Shown here piece by piece: positions 1-8,963 of a stretch of 53,641 nucleotides of DNA. The stretch is taken from IMG/VR virus record IMGVR_UViG_3300025103_000001, positions 1 through 53,641 of that record; one strand, written 5' to 3'. This stretch comes from a virus (Duplodnaviria; Caudoviricetes). Each line of letters starts with the position of its first letter. The stretch's first letter is position 1. Below the pieces are notes generated by a model. It was not told the DNA's origin. It searched no databases and saw only the letters and a program-made list of their open reading frames with translations. The position numbers and the translations under genes are program-made.

Positions 1-58
1 TTACCATACCTCATTGCATACTTCATTATGTTTCCTATACAAAAGGCTTCTCCGTATC
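1..58. repeat. Terminal overlap, identical to 53584-53641 (circular contig)
   Basis: Exact 58-nt match TTACCATACC...TCCGTATC at both ends. One ORF reads continuously across the join. Confidence 0.95.
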
Positions 59-191
59 CTGCATCTATTATCATATCCGTTGCTTGATACTTTCCGTAGC
101 CATAATGTTTTTCATAAGTCTTATCAACATATCTTTTTATTTGTTCGATTGTATGGTGTTCATTGAACTTATATTCTTTTTCTACTTTCAT
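1..191 (-). CDS. 5' part of a junction-spanning 103-aa DUF3310 / T7 gp1.7-like protein (continues at 53583-53463)
   Basis: Not in the ORF track. The ATG at 191 overlaps the upstream TGA (ATGA). Translation MKVEKEYKFNEHHTIEQIKRYVDKTYEKHY...GEAFCIGNIMKYAMRYGKK carries the F.GN..KY..R.GKK signature. Confidence 0.8.
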   Translation of the reverse strand, partial: MKVEKEYKFNEHHTIEQIKRYVDKTYEKHYGYGKYQATDMIIDAGYGEAFCIGNIMKYAMRYG

Positions 192-613
192 TCCTCTCTC
201 CATTTCTTAGGTAAATTATCTTTGTCAAACCATCTGAAGTTATTTTTCTCTGCCCATTCAGCATGGCTTCGTTTAGTTCCATCTTTTCTTTTCTTAGCAG
301 CAGGCATAGGTGCATAAGGATCTGAGAATAAAAACACTAACTCACAATCCTCAGGTAAATATTCTCTAACCCATTTGTATTTACTGTACTCAGCATAATC
401 CCAAAACCTACCCTTTGCTTCAAGGTATATTATCTTATCATTAATTACTTTTATAAAGTCAGGGTGATACACATGAGGGATTGAGTATTCAATCAATCCT
501 CTATGGTGTTCCCAATTTTTTAATTCGTTTTGGTGTAGTTCATACTCCCATTTAGAATCATATCCTTTAGGCAGTCCTTTAGCTTTAGGTCTAATTTTTC
601 TAGGCTTTCTCAT
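188..613 (-). CDS. T7 endonuclease I-like Holliday junction resolvase
   Basis: YDSKWE, YHPDF, LEAKGRF and WAEKNNFRW motifs; located in the replication module. Confidence 0.8.
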   Translation of the reverse strand: MRKPRKIRPKAKGLPKGYDSKWEYELHQNELKNWEHHRGLIEYSIPHVYHPDFIKVINDKIIYLEAKGRFWDYAEYSKYKWVREYLPEDCELVFLFSDPYAPMPAAKKRKDGTKRSHAEWAEKNNFRWFDKDNLPKKWREE

Positions 614-831
614 TAGTGTATCTCTTTACTTATATTAGAATAGATCATCCCGCTTTCTCTTATTATTAATTCTGCTTTAATTAATTCTTCTAAACGATTT
701 AATAGTTCATCGCTTATCTCAGATAAATCATAGCCTGCAAATAAAGTACTACCGAGTGCTACAATTAATTCATCTAAATTAATATTATCAATATCTAATT
801 CTGTCACGCTTTCAAAAGTTTTACTGTCCAT
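613..831 (-). CDS. Hypothetical acidic protein
   Basis: 72-aa ORF coupled to both neighbours. Confidence 0.65.
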   Translation of the reverse strand: MDSKTFESVTELDIDNINLDELIVALGSTLFAGYDLSEISDELLNRLEELIKAELIIRESGMIYSNISKEIH

Positions 832-1072
832 GTTTATACATTAACTCCTTTAATGATACTTGTGAGTTTCTTTTTAATTGTTTTTCAATCCACTTATCTG
901 ACATGAAAGAAAGATAAAGAGTTCTTTCATTCATATAATATTTCTGATCAGGCATTGCCTCAGGTAGTGTCTCTAGTGTAACATATTCTCCATCAGGAAG
1001 CAAGGTATTAATCCAATCAACTTGTAGTTGTCTTGCTTTCTTTCTTAGTTGTTTGCTTTTTCTAGCATTCAT
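821..1072 (-). CDS. Hypothetical protein
   Basis: 83-aa ORF with basic N-terminus MNARKSKQLRKKA; coupled to its neighbours. Confidence 0.7.
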   Translation of the reverse strand: MNARKSKQLRKKARQLQVDWINTLLPDGEYVTLETLPEAMPDQKYYMNERTLYLSFMSDKWIEKQLKRNSQVSLKELMYKHGQ

Positions 1073-1881
1073 TATAGTGTTTCCTGACTAGAGTCGTAGT
1101 TCTTTTCAAGTTTCCAGTAATCTAAAATACTATTGAACATTGCTAAGTGTTTAGCATGAGATTCTTTATCCCAAATATAACAGGAAATAAATCCAGTATC
1201 TTTTCTATCTACAAAGATAGATACTCTTTGGGGATCATCAAACTCACAGCCTTGTGCATACGCTGAGAGTTGCATACCATGACTGTCATATACTAATCGT
1301 TTAGGTTCTTTACCTTCTAGATTATCTTTGGTTTTAAAGTCTACAAAGATTCCTGATTTAGAATATAGATCTATCATACCACCGTAGCCTTGTTTAGCGC
1401 AGAAGGAATCTTCCGCTATCCATTCTTCATTAGGATAGTGTTCGTCTAGATATTTCTTTACTGCTTTGTATGGTTTGTTTGTAGAGATTCCAAGAAATCC
1501 TTTCTCAATCATTGCGTGGATTTTAGTACCTCTTTCAGCAGCTTCTTTACCAATCTTCTGTGAGTCTTGTCTGCATCTATAACTGAAAGACTGTAGAGAT
1601 TCTCCCTCATATCTTTCTAATGTTAAGGCAGAATTTAAAACTTGATTCATCTTCCAGTTTTCTAAAGAAGGCTTAGCAATCATATTCATTACAGTTGTGA
1701 CTGAAGGAACTAAACTAAGCTGTCTTGCATCTCTTAGGTTTGTCTTTCTTTCTTTTCCATTAGCACCTATGATAGTATACTTTGGCTTACCTTCTTTAGT
1801 ATACCAATGTCCTGACTCAGAAGTGAATTTATTATGGGGTTGACTTTGAGAACTGTCAAGTGTTTCTTCTTTCGTAGTCAT
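1072..1881 (-). CDS. PD-(D/E)XK exonuclease (phage Cas4/YqaJ-like)
   Basis: PSVTT, RGTKIH, GMIDL, VDFKT and QLSAY motifs. Confidence 0.8.
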   Translation of the reverse strand: MTTKEETLDSSQSQPHNKFTSESGHWYTKEGKPKYTIIGANGKERKTNLRDARQLSLVPSVTTVMNMIAKPSLENWKMNQVLNSALTLERYEGESLQSFSYRCRQDSQKIGKEAAERGTKIHAMIEKGFLGISTNKPYKAVKKYLDEHYPNEEWIAEDSFCAKQGYGGMIDLYSKSGIFVDFKTKDNLEGKEPKRLVYDSHGMQLSAYAQGCEFDDPQRVSIFVDRKDTGFISCYIWDKESHAKHLAMFNSILDYWKLEKNYDSSQETL

Positions 1882-2438
1882 ATGCTTTCTATTACCTCTT
1901 TGACTTTGTTAATATTAGTGTAAAACCATTCACCTGCAAAGTCTTTACATATTCTTTTTAATCTTCTATGTGCTGTACTTTCTGCGCTTCTTCTATCTTT
2001 AAATTCTTTGCGATATTCTATTTTATAATCTCTTAAGGGACTGCTTGTTTGATATCCTCTACACCTATCCTCTGAATCAATAGCCATCCCAACTTTAAAC
2101 CATCCTTTCCATGCAGGGTTTGTCAAGATATAAACTTCTCCTTCTGTAGAAGACTCGTACTTTTCAAAAGAAGAAAAGGCAGCACCTTCAAAAGTTTTAT
2201 AATTTCCTGCTCTATATAGGGGATGTTTTCTTGAAACATACTTACCATTTACATACATATTTTTAGGATTATGTATGGGATTGGTTATGTGGTTTGTTTC
2301 TGCATTTAATTTTTTATTGCGTTTTTGCTGACACTCGATACATCTCCCATCCTTGCCATCTTTAGTATTTTTATTATTATAAAAGCTAGTAGCTTCTTTA
2401 TCTGTCTTACATTCTGAACATGTTTTAATGTGTTTCAC
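1878..2438 (-). CDS. Zn-finger plus GIY-YIG-like (T5orf172-type) protein, possible homing endonuclease
   Basis: N-terminal CSEC...CIEC; C-terminal GEVYILTNPAWKGWFKVGMA, YQTSSP and GEWF. Confidence 0.7.
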   Translation of the reverse strand: MKHIKTCSECKTDKEATSFYNNKNTKDGKDGRCIECQQKRNKKLNAETNHITNPIHNPKNMYVNGKYVSRKHPLYRAGNYKTFEGAAFSSFEKYESSTEGEVYILTNPAWKGWFKVGMAIDSEDRCRGYQTSSPLRDYKIEYRKEFKDRRSAESTAHRRLKRICKDFAGEWFYTNINKVKEVIESI

Positions 2439-4167
2439 TCCAATCCTCCCCTATTTTAAATTCACCATCTAAAGGACAGCGCATATTAAAATGCTGACCT
2501 GCTTCTTTAATAGCTTCGATACCAAACTTTCCAAATTGTTCTGCTTGATTTTCTTTAACTTCTACTTGCCATTCATCGTGTATGTTAGCAACAAATTTAT
2601 AATCTATATTGTTTTGTTTTGCTTTATCATTCAGAAGGACAAGCGCTTTTTTCATAACAATCGCACCACCACCCTGTAATAGAGAGTTTAAAGCAGCGTG
2701 TTTGTTTCGTATAAATATTTTCCTACCATCTAATCCTTTAAGATAACCTCTATTAGCAGCTTGCTCTACCTTATCTTTAAGAATTTTAAAAGATGGTTGG
2801 TTATCAAAGAAATGTTTTCTAACTTTTGTACCTGCAGTTTTATTACCGCCAATAACTTGACCAAGTTTAGCATCACCCGCTCCATACATCAATGCATATA
2901 TAAAGGTTTTAGAATTTTCTCTTGTTTTTAAACCTGCTGTCTTTTGGTTCTTAGTATGTATATCTCCATGAATTATTTCATTCGTGTATTCAGAATCATT
3001 CATATAATGAGCAAGCATTCTTAATTCTAAACCACTTGCATCTATGCCCACTAACTTATAATCTTTAGGTACAATCCAACAAGACCGACACTCTGTACCA
3101 TACTCACTTCGTATGTTTGGTACTTGTCCTGTGTTAGGACTTCTATGTGCCATACGACCTGTTATAGTTCCATTACTTATAACAAAGCCATGTATTCGGC
3201 TGTCCTTTTCAACAGCGTTAATCCAAGATTCTATTTGAGCTATTCTTTTTTGTAATAATAAAAACTCTGCGATAAGTTTTGCTTCAGGGATATGTTTAAC
3301 TTTTGATAAAGATGATTCATTAACTATTGGTTGACCTGTAGGTGTAAATTTGTTAGGTTTCCAACCAAAGTCTTGTAGATACTCACCTATTTGTTTACGC
3401 GATCCAAGATTAAACTCTTGTAGTTTCTGTCGCATGAAAGGTTTGTAATCTTTAGACTCTAAAAGTCTTTCATATTCTCCGCCTTTACCTGTGGTTAATC
3501 CTGACTTAGATAACTCTCCATCCTTTTTAAATTTAGGTTTTACTAATTTCACATCAACCCACTTAGGTTCAAAAGTAGCGCGTACTTCTTTCTGAACAAT
3601 AGTCATTCTTTCTTTAAGTTCTGCACATAAGATAGACGCTTTCTTGATATCAAATAAGAACCCATCATCTTCTTGTTGTTTCATAATTTTAAATACATCA
3701 TGTTCTAATACCATAGATTCTTCAGAGAATTTTTCTCCTTCTGAATTAAGATAGTGAAATATTTTTTCATTTAAAACAACATCCTGTTTACAATAAGTAA
3801 GCATATCTTCTGTAAATATTTCCCAATCATCAGGCTCTTGTCCTTTTGGACAACGAACAATATAACCCCAATTATTTAAACTATGACCACCATCACGAAC
3901 GGGATTAAATAATCTAGACATTACTAAGGTATCTATAACTACTGTATTTTTAAATAAGTCTACATTATATAGTTTATTTATAACAGGAATATCAAACCCT
4001 ATTATGTTATGCCCTATTAAAGCATCTGCTTGTTGTAAAAACTTAATACCCTGTTCTATCTCGTGCGGTCTAAAAGTTTTTATTTCTTGTCCTAAAGGCT
4101 TTGCAACAAGACAATGTATTTTGTCAGGCTTAAGTCCGTTAGTTTCTATATCAAATATTATATCCAT
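2425..4167 (-). CDS. Family A DNA polymerase, T7 gp5-like, with 3'-5' exonuclease
   Basis: Exonuclease motifs FDIETNG, GHNIIGFD and YCKQDV; polymerase motifs DASGLELR, KTFIYALMYG and IHDEWQ. Confidence 0.97.
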   Translation of the reverse strand: MDIIFDIETNGLKPDKIHCLVAKPLGQEIKTFRPHEIEQGIKFLQQADALIGHNIIGFDIPVINKLYNVDLFKNTVVIDTLVMSRLFNPVRDGGHSLNNWGYIVRCPKGQEPDDWEIFTEDMLTYCKQDVVLNEKIFHYLNSEGEKFSEESMVLEHDVFKIMKQQEDDGFLFDIKKASILCAELKERMTIVQKEVRATFEPKWVDVKLVKPKFKKDGELSKSGLTTGKGGEYERLLESKDYKPFMRQKLQEFNLGSRKQIGEYLQDFGWKPNKFTPTGQPIVNESSLSKVKHIPEAKLIAEFLLLQKRIAQIESWINAVEKDSRIHGFVISNGTITGRMAHRSPNTGQVPNIRSEYGTECRSCWIVPKDYKLVGIDASGLELRMLAHYMNDSEYTNEIIHGDIHTKNQKTAGLKTRENSKTFIYALMYGAGDAKLGQVIGGNKTAGTKVRKHFFDNQPSFKILKDKVEQAANRGYLKGLDGRKIFIRNKHAALNSLLQGGGAIVMKKALVLLNDKAKQNNIDYKFVANIHDEWQVEVKENQAEQFGKFGIEAIKEAGQHFNMRCPLDGEFKIGEDWSETH

Positions 4168-4176
4168 AATTACCTC

Positions 4177-5835
4177 TTAAAAATCTATATCATCAAATGT
4201 TTCTTCACCAGTTACTTCGTGCATACGACCTGTATCAAGATTGTATTTTAAACTACAAGCCAAGCCGGTATCTCCTGTATACCTAGATTTTAAAACTCTA
4301 ACTCTAGTGGTGTTAGCTTCGTCAGGATCTTCTGCTTGTTGATTTCTTTCAAGCGCTATTACTGAATCAGATAACTGTGAAATACCTTGTGAACCTTTGA
4401 GATGAGAGAGTGAGACTGTAATACCTTGTTCATGTCCTCTATCACCTGCGGCTCTACGAAGATGTGCAACCAAGAACATACCAACTCCTGTTTCTTCTAC
4501 TAAAGAACGAAGCCTATTCATTAACTGATCAATGCCTCGCCTTTCGTCAGACTCGGTTAAACAATTAACAAGCATATGTAAGTGATCTATAATTACCCAT
4601 TCGCATTGGCAACCAATAATCATATACCTTAACTTAGAAAATATTTCATCTATGTTAGTTGCACCTAAATGTGAATGTATGAAGACTCTATTTTTTTCTA
4701 TGACTCTATCAAACAGTTCTTGTAATTCTTCGTTAGTATATTTTTCTCGTTTCTCTGTTAAATATAAACGATCATTAGCCTCAATAGATATAATACCATC
4801 TGCAGTCTTTAACCAATTTTCTTCAAGAGCAATGATACCTACATTATCTTTAGTATTTTTAATAAGATAATGACTAAGCTCTCTTGTGAAGGAGCTTTTA
4901 CCAAGTCCTGTACCGCCTGATATACAGACTAACTCAGCCTTACGCATACCATATAGCTTTTTATTTAAACCTTTGTAAGGATAAGCTATACTTTCTTTTA
5001 CTTCTCTGTGAATCCAATCGTGTTTCTGACTAGACAGTTCCATAATGCCTGAAGGTGTATACTTTTTAGATTCCCACCAACACTTAGTAAATTCACTATA
5101 CTTGTTTTGTTGTAGCATAGCGTTAGGATCTTTAAAGCCTGTAGGTAAAGTCATTATCTTAACCTTACCCGGTTTTATAATGTTGGCTACATCTCTAGCA
5201 GACTTTCTACCTGCTTCATCATTATCAAAGCAAAGAATAACTGACTCAAAAGACTCAACAAATTCTATACTATCTCTAATGTCTCTGACAGCAGACTGCG
5301 CACCTCGTTTAATAGATACAGCTGCCCACTTATTATCCATCATTTCATGACAAGCCATAGCATCACATTCGCCTTCTACTATAGTAAGATACTTACCACC
5401 TGTATTTCTAAACAACTGCTCACCAAACAATCCTGTGTTTTCATACGTGCCTTTGAATCTAAAGTCTTTGTCTTCAACAAGCCTAGTCTTTACACCTACA
5501 ATTTCATTGCCGTTATAAAAAGGATAGATATGCTTTGCAACCTTTCCATTATTATCATATACAATACGAACACCATATTTCTTAGCAGTCTTTTCACTGA
5601 TGCCACGATCAGTAAGGTCTGCAAAAATTCCTGTGTAGGAGTTTAAAAATGTAGTTTCTTTTGGTTTGTGGTCTGTAATTTGTGTGACGCCTTTTGGATT
5701 TTTATAATCTTTAAAGAAAGTTCCGCAACTAAAACATTTTGCAGAACCATTCTCATTCATTGCGACAGGATCTGATCCTCCGCACTTAGGACAGGGTAAT
5801 TTATACGCTGACCAATTACTTTCTTGTAAATTCAT
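4177..5835 (-). CDS. DNA primase-helicase, T7 gp4-like
   Basis: Zn ribbon CPKC...CFSC, TOPRIM EGECD and FDNDEAG, Walker A GGTGLGKS, DHLH, LKSRYTG. Start moved to MNLQES at 5835, which follows an AGGAG Shine-Dalgarno. Confidence 0.95.
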   Translation of the reverse strand: MNLQESNWSAYKLPCPKCGGSDPVAMNENGSAKCFSCGTFFKDYKNPKGVTQITDHKPKETTFLNSYTGIFADLTDRGISEKTAKKYGVRIVYDNNGKVAKHIYPFYNGNEIVGVKTRLVEDKDFRFKGTYENTGLFGEQLFRNTGGKYLTIVEGECDAMACHEMMDNKWAAVSIKRGAQSAVRDIRDSIEFVESFESVILCFDNDEAGRKSARDVANIIKPGKVKIMTLPTGFKDPNAMLQQNKYSEFTKCWWESKKYTPSGIMELSSQKHDWIHREVKESIAYPYKGLNKKLYGMRKAELVCISGGTGLGKSSFTRELSHYLIKNTKDNVGIIALEENWLKTADGIISIEANDRLYLTEKREKYTNEELQELFDRVIEKNRVFIHSHLGATNIDEIFSKLRYMIIGCQCEWVIIDHLHMLVNCLTESDERRGIDQLMNRLRSLVEETGVGMFLVAHLRRAAGDRGHEQGITVSLSHLKGSQGISQLSDSVIALERNQQAEDPDEANTTRVRVLKSRYTGDTGLACSLKYNLDTGRMHEVTGEETFDDIDF

Positions 5836-5849
5836 AGGCACTCTCCTAT

Positions 5850-5888
5850 AAAAAGGGGACAAGTAATCCAAGACTAATTCCTGTCCCC
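5850..5888 (-). terminator. Intrinsic terminator-like hairpin between the ssb operon and primase
   Basis: Minus strand GGGGACAG...TTGTCCCC followed by TTTTT, ending just before the primase Shine-Dalgarno. Confidence 0.7.
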
Positions 5889-5895
5889 AATTATG

Positions 5896-6174
5896 TTAAG
5901 AATCAGAATCGTTTTGATCTGATTCCTCCGCGACTTCTATATTACTATCCACAGTATCGTTTGTTGTTGTACTTTCGTAATCAGCAATCAATAGATTTTC
6001 AAAGTGTAAAATAGAACCAATGATTTCTTCTATGTCTGCAACTGCTGTTGCTTTCTTAGAATTTAATCGTTGTAGCCGAGCTAATAGAACTTTTCCTGTA
6101 GGGGAAAGATCCTCTGCATAAACCTGTATGCCATCAATAGTGACAAAAGGTTTCTCTGTATTAGAATTTTCCAT
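5896..6174 (-). CDS. Hypothetical protein with acidic tail
   Basis: 92-aa ORF coupled to ssb. Confidence 0.7.
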   Translation of the reverse strand: MENSNTEKPFVTIDGIQVYAEDLSPTGKVLLARLQRLNSKKATAVADIEEIIGSILHFENLLIADYESTTTNDTVDSNIEVAEESDQNDSDS

Positions 6175-6587
6175 TAGAACTCTTCTCCGTCTAAAAGTTC
6201 AGCACCATCTTCTGATCTATACTCGACAAGATCAAGAACCTGCACAGCTTGTAAGTCCAAGCCTGTGTAAGGTCCAAATTTATTCTCGCCTTCGTATTCA
6301 GAATACTGTACTTTAATTTTAGAACCATTACCAACCGCATAGTTTACTTCTTGTTTGTTAGCATCTAACAGACGAGGTGCAGGTCTAACCATTCCATTAG
6401 GACCATTAACTTTACGCTTGATTATTATTGATGGACCTTCTTCCATCTGTTTAAGCCTGTGTCCACGACTTGCAAATTCATTTGCAGTCTCATCATCAAC
6501 AACTAAGTTGACTGAGTAAACAGGTTCAAACCTTGTGTTAGGCTGTTTTATGCTTGCCCAATAAGCAGTTCCTTCGACAATTGCCAT
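6174..6587 (-). CDS. Single-stranded DNA-binding protein, T7 gp2.5-like
   Basis: VGNGSKIKV and LQAVQVLDLVEY motifs; acidic C-terminus ending in F (DGEEF). Start moved to MAIVEG after GGAGG. Confidence 0.85.
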   Translation of the reverse strand: MAIVEGTAYWASIKQPNTRFEPVYSVNLVVDDETANEFASRGHRLKQMEEGPSIIIKRKVNGPNGMVRPAPRLLDANKQEVNYAVGNGSKIKVQYSEYEGENKFGPYTGLDLQAVQVLDLVEYRSEDGAELLDGEEF

Positions 6588-6768
6588 AGTAATATACCTC
6601 CATAGCATTATTATTATAATTCACTACCACGCAGAACAAAGCGGAGGAAGTGAGCCAATGAACCCCATCATCTTGATATGACACCAAGTTAGGTACATAC
6701 TGAATGATGGAGAGTGAGGGCATCATACATACCTAATGGCTCTTTTACTTTGCTTTCGCAATAGAACA
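6588..6768 (-). promoter_or_regulatory. Structured 5' leader of ssb
   Basis: Several complementary pairs, a 9-bp pseudoknot and an anti-SD CCUCC (see findings). Confidence 0.6.
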
Positions 6769-6774
6769 GTAGGT

Positions 6775-6803
6775 AGTATAACATAAATGATACCCTAAGT
6801 CAA
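6775..6803 (-). promoter_or_regulatory. sigma70 promoter
   Basis: TTGACT-17 bp-TATACT with TGn extended -10. Confidence 0.85.
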
Positions 6804-6809
6804 GCAGAA

Positions 6810-7088
6810 TTAATTTTTATTTGAGTAGTGATATTTTGCTAACTCCTTATATTTCTGCTGTTTATGTTTTGAGTTTCTCCATAACATGAAGAAAGTTAAT
6901 GTAATAAGTGGGTGAAGGACAACAAATATTAATAAGTTCATTAACTCATATCCTATTCCCGTAGCTTCTCCAAGTAAATAAATAATCCCACAGCAAATAT
7001 TAAATAACAGCGTGACTATTCCCTCAAAAGTTAATTCAATATCTGGAATTGGTATTTTTGTTGCTATATTATAAATCAAATCAATCAT
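6810..7088 (-). CDS. Small membrane protein with two hydrophobic segments
   Basis: TLLFNICCGIIYLLG and LMNLLIFVVLHPLITLTFFMLW, followed by a basic tail. Confidence 0.65.
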   Translation of the reverse strand: MIDLIYNIATKIPIPDIELTFEGIVTLLFNICCGIIYLLGEATGIGYELMNLLIFVVLHPLITLTFFMLWRNSKHKQQKYKELAKYHYSNKN

Positions 7089-7091
7089 ATT

Positions 7092-7343
7092 TTAATCCTC
7101 GTTTTTAAATAAATTTTGTATAAGGGTTTCATCATTAATAGATTCCCTCATTTCTCTTAATGGTGTTATTGATTGTCCAAGTTTCCATGTATAACCATCA
7201 TCTACACGAGTAATAGTTTTAATAGCCTCAATATTATTAAAGGCTACCATACTATCAATAACTTGCATAATATTATAAGCAAAAGTCTTAAGCTCTAAGA
7301 CTTCTCCTTCTAAATCTTTTACTTCTAAAATATATTCTTTCAT
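7092..7343 (-). CDS. Hypothetical protein
   Basis: 83-aa ORF with an AGGA Shine-Dalgarno, directly below a promoter. Confidence 0.7.
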   Translation of the reverse strand: MKEYILEVKDLEGEVLELKTFAYNIMQVIDSMVAFNNIEAIKTITRVDDGYTWKLGQSITPLREMRESINDETLIQNLFKNED

Positions 7344-7377
7344 AAGTTGTTGTCCTAATTTTTAAAGTCTATGTAGG

Positions 7378-7406
7378 AGTATACCACATAGTGCGCTACA
7401 TTGCAA
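7378..7406 (-). promoter_or_regulatory. sigma70 promoter
   Basis: TTGCAA-17 bp-TATACT with TGn extended -10. Confidence 0.75.
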
Positions 7407-7419
7407 ATTTATTTTCATC

Positions 7420-8154
7420 TCAATATCTCCATACATAGTCTAGATATATTTTCTCAGTCATTATAACAAAACCTTTGTCTTCTTTTTTAGCAGGTCCTTT
7501 AGCTACCAAGCCAATAACTCGTTTAGCTTTATCCAAGAATCTCATGTCGTGTTCATCACCATCTATAACTCTAAGTCCTTTAAAAGTTTTAGGAAGTTTA
7601 TCTTTAAAGACTACCGCAATATTATATTTAAGTTTAACTTCATCAAACAACTGCGCATATTTAGAATCAGCTTCGCTGTATGACCATGTTAAATGATAGT
7701 TAGGTATATGATCTACCTTTCTTGTAGGTATTTTAGTATAGTCATACCATTGTACTTGCGGAAACATCTCAAAAATGTTTTGTCCACCCTCAACTATAAT
7801 CTTTTCCCATTGTATATCACTTGTACCATTCAATCTAATAGCAGGCTTCTTACCTTTGCGACCACAAGCACCGATAAATTTTATAACATCAAGAACTAAC
7901 TGAGTCATAAACTCATCACGATTATTTAAAAACAAATCTGTCTTGCGCTGTCTAGCATCTTGAACACTAGGGAATACACCACCCATACCTGCTGTATTTA
8001 AACAGGCTTCTTTACAACCTGCTTGTATTTGATACGGACAGATACGAGTACTAATAGGTCGTAGATGTAGTATGCATGACCAATACTTCTCTGATAATTT
8101 ATTACTCTTTTTAATTTTTGGATTGCTGTTTACTGATAATAGTTTATAGCTCAT
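7420..8154 (-). CDS. Phage Gp88-like protein with radical-SAM-like Cys cluster
   Basis: CPYQIQAGCKEACL, IRLNGTSDI.WE, YDYTK and DGDEHDMRFLD motifs. Start moved to MSYKLL after GGAGG. Confidence 0.7.
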   Translation of the reverse strand: MSYKLLSVNSNPKIKKSNKLSEKYWSCILHLRPISTRICPYQIQAGCKEACLNTAGMGGVFPSVQDARQRKTDLFLNNRDEFMTQLVLDVIKFIGACGRKGKKPAIRLNGTSDIQWEKIIVEGGQNIFEMFPQVQWYDYTKIPTRKVDHIPNYHLTWSYSEADSKYAQLFDEVKLKYNIAVVFKDKLPKTFKGLRVIDGDEHDMRFLDKAKRVIGLVAKGPAKKEDKGFVIMTEKIYLDYVWRY

Positions 8155-8311
8155 CAGACACCTCCTCTGTTGTATATTCAACTTCGATATGGAAAGCATA
8201 AGACAAAGGCTCAATCCCTTCTTCATTAAGCTCCCAATCTATGATGTTGCTTAAAGTTTCAGTAGTTTGTTTATCGAAATCTCCAAACATAATTGTTTTT
8301 GTTTTACTCAT
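8144..8311 (-). CDS. Small acidic hypothetical protein, 55 aa (not in ORF track)
   Basis: MSKTKTIMFGDFDKQ...EVSDEL*; fills the gap and overlaps both neighbours. Confidence 0.6.
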   Translation of the reverse strand: MSKTKTIMFGDFDKQTTETLSNIIDWELNEEGIEPLSYAFHIEVEYTTEEVSDEL

Positions 8312-8498
8312 CACACACCGCCTTCGGATCTAAATACTGTTCCATAATTGTTATTTTATTTTGAATATGTTCTATATCTTCTTGTAATTTAAAAGATATA
8401 AGGTAATCATCATCACCTCTAATATCATCTAATAAACAAGCAATAGATATACTTGCTTCCCTCAATGCTCTTAATACTTTTGTGCAATTAACCCTCAT
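8304..8498 (-). CDS. Hypothetical protein
   Basis: Start moved to MRVNCT after GGAG. Confidence 0.55.
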   Translation of the reverse strand: MRVNCTKVLRALREASISIACLLDDIRGDDDYLISFKLQEDIEHIQNKITIMEQYLDPKAVCDE

Positions 8499-8781
8499 AA
8501 CTACCACTCCTACGAATTTCTTCATCATCATAGAAGTCTTCGTTATCTTTGTCGTACATATAAGCTACTTGCATTATGAAAGGATTGTTAGCTTCAGGTG
8601 CGCCTTGTTCAATCAATATATCTAATACCATTTGTGAAAACCTATTTGATCTACTTTGTATTTTTATATTAGGAAAGCTATCAAATAATAACTGTTGTCT
8701 TTCTAATCTTTTGAAAGCCTCATCAGCTACTTCTCTAACTGCGTGTTGCGCATCTATCATTGCTTCATTAGTCTTGCTCAT
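8488..8781 (-). CDS. Hypothetical protein
   Basis: 97-aa ORF with GGAG Shine-Dalgarno; coupled. Confidence 0.65.
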   Translation of the reverse strand: MSKTNEAMIDAQHAVREVADEAFKRLERQQLLFDSFPNIKIQSRSNRFSQMVLDILIEQGAPEANNPFIMQVAYMYDKDNEDFYDDEEIRRSGSYEG

Positions 8782-8963
8782 TTATAATCTCCCATTAAAT
8801 GATCTACTCGTTGCTGTATATAATACATACGAGCATCTGTTTGTGTTAAATTTTTATCATCAGCTTCTTTACTAGCTTGAGATACAGCTTTACTGTACCT
8901 CTCACTTTGTGTAGTAATGAAATTAATAATGTTATCTGTGTAGTTAGTTTCAATACTCATCAT
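8778..8963 (-). CDS. Hypothetical protein
   Basis: 61-aa ORF with ATGA-type overlaps. Confidence 0.6.
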   Translation of the reverse strand: MMSIETNYTDNIINFITTQSERYSKAVSQASKEADDKNLTQTDARMYYIQQRVDHLMGDYK

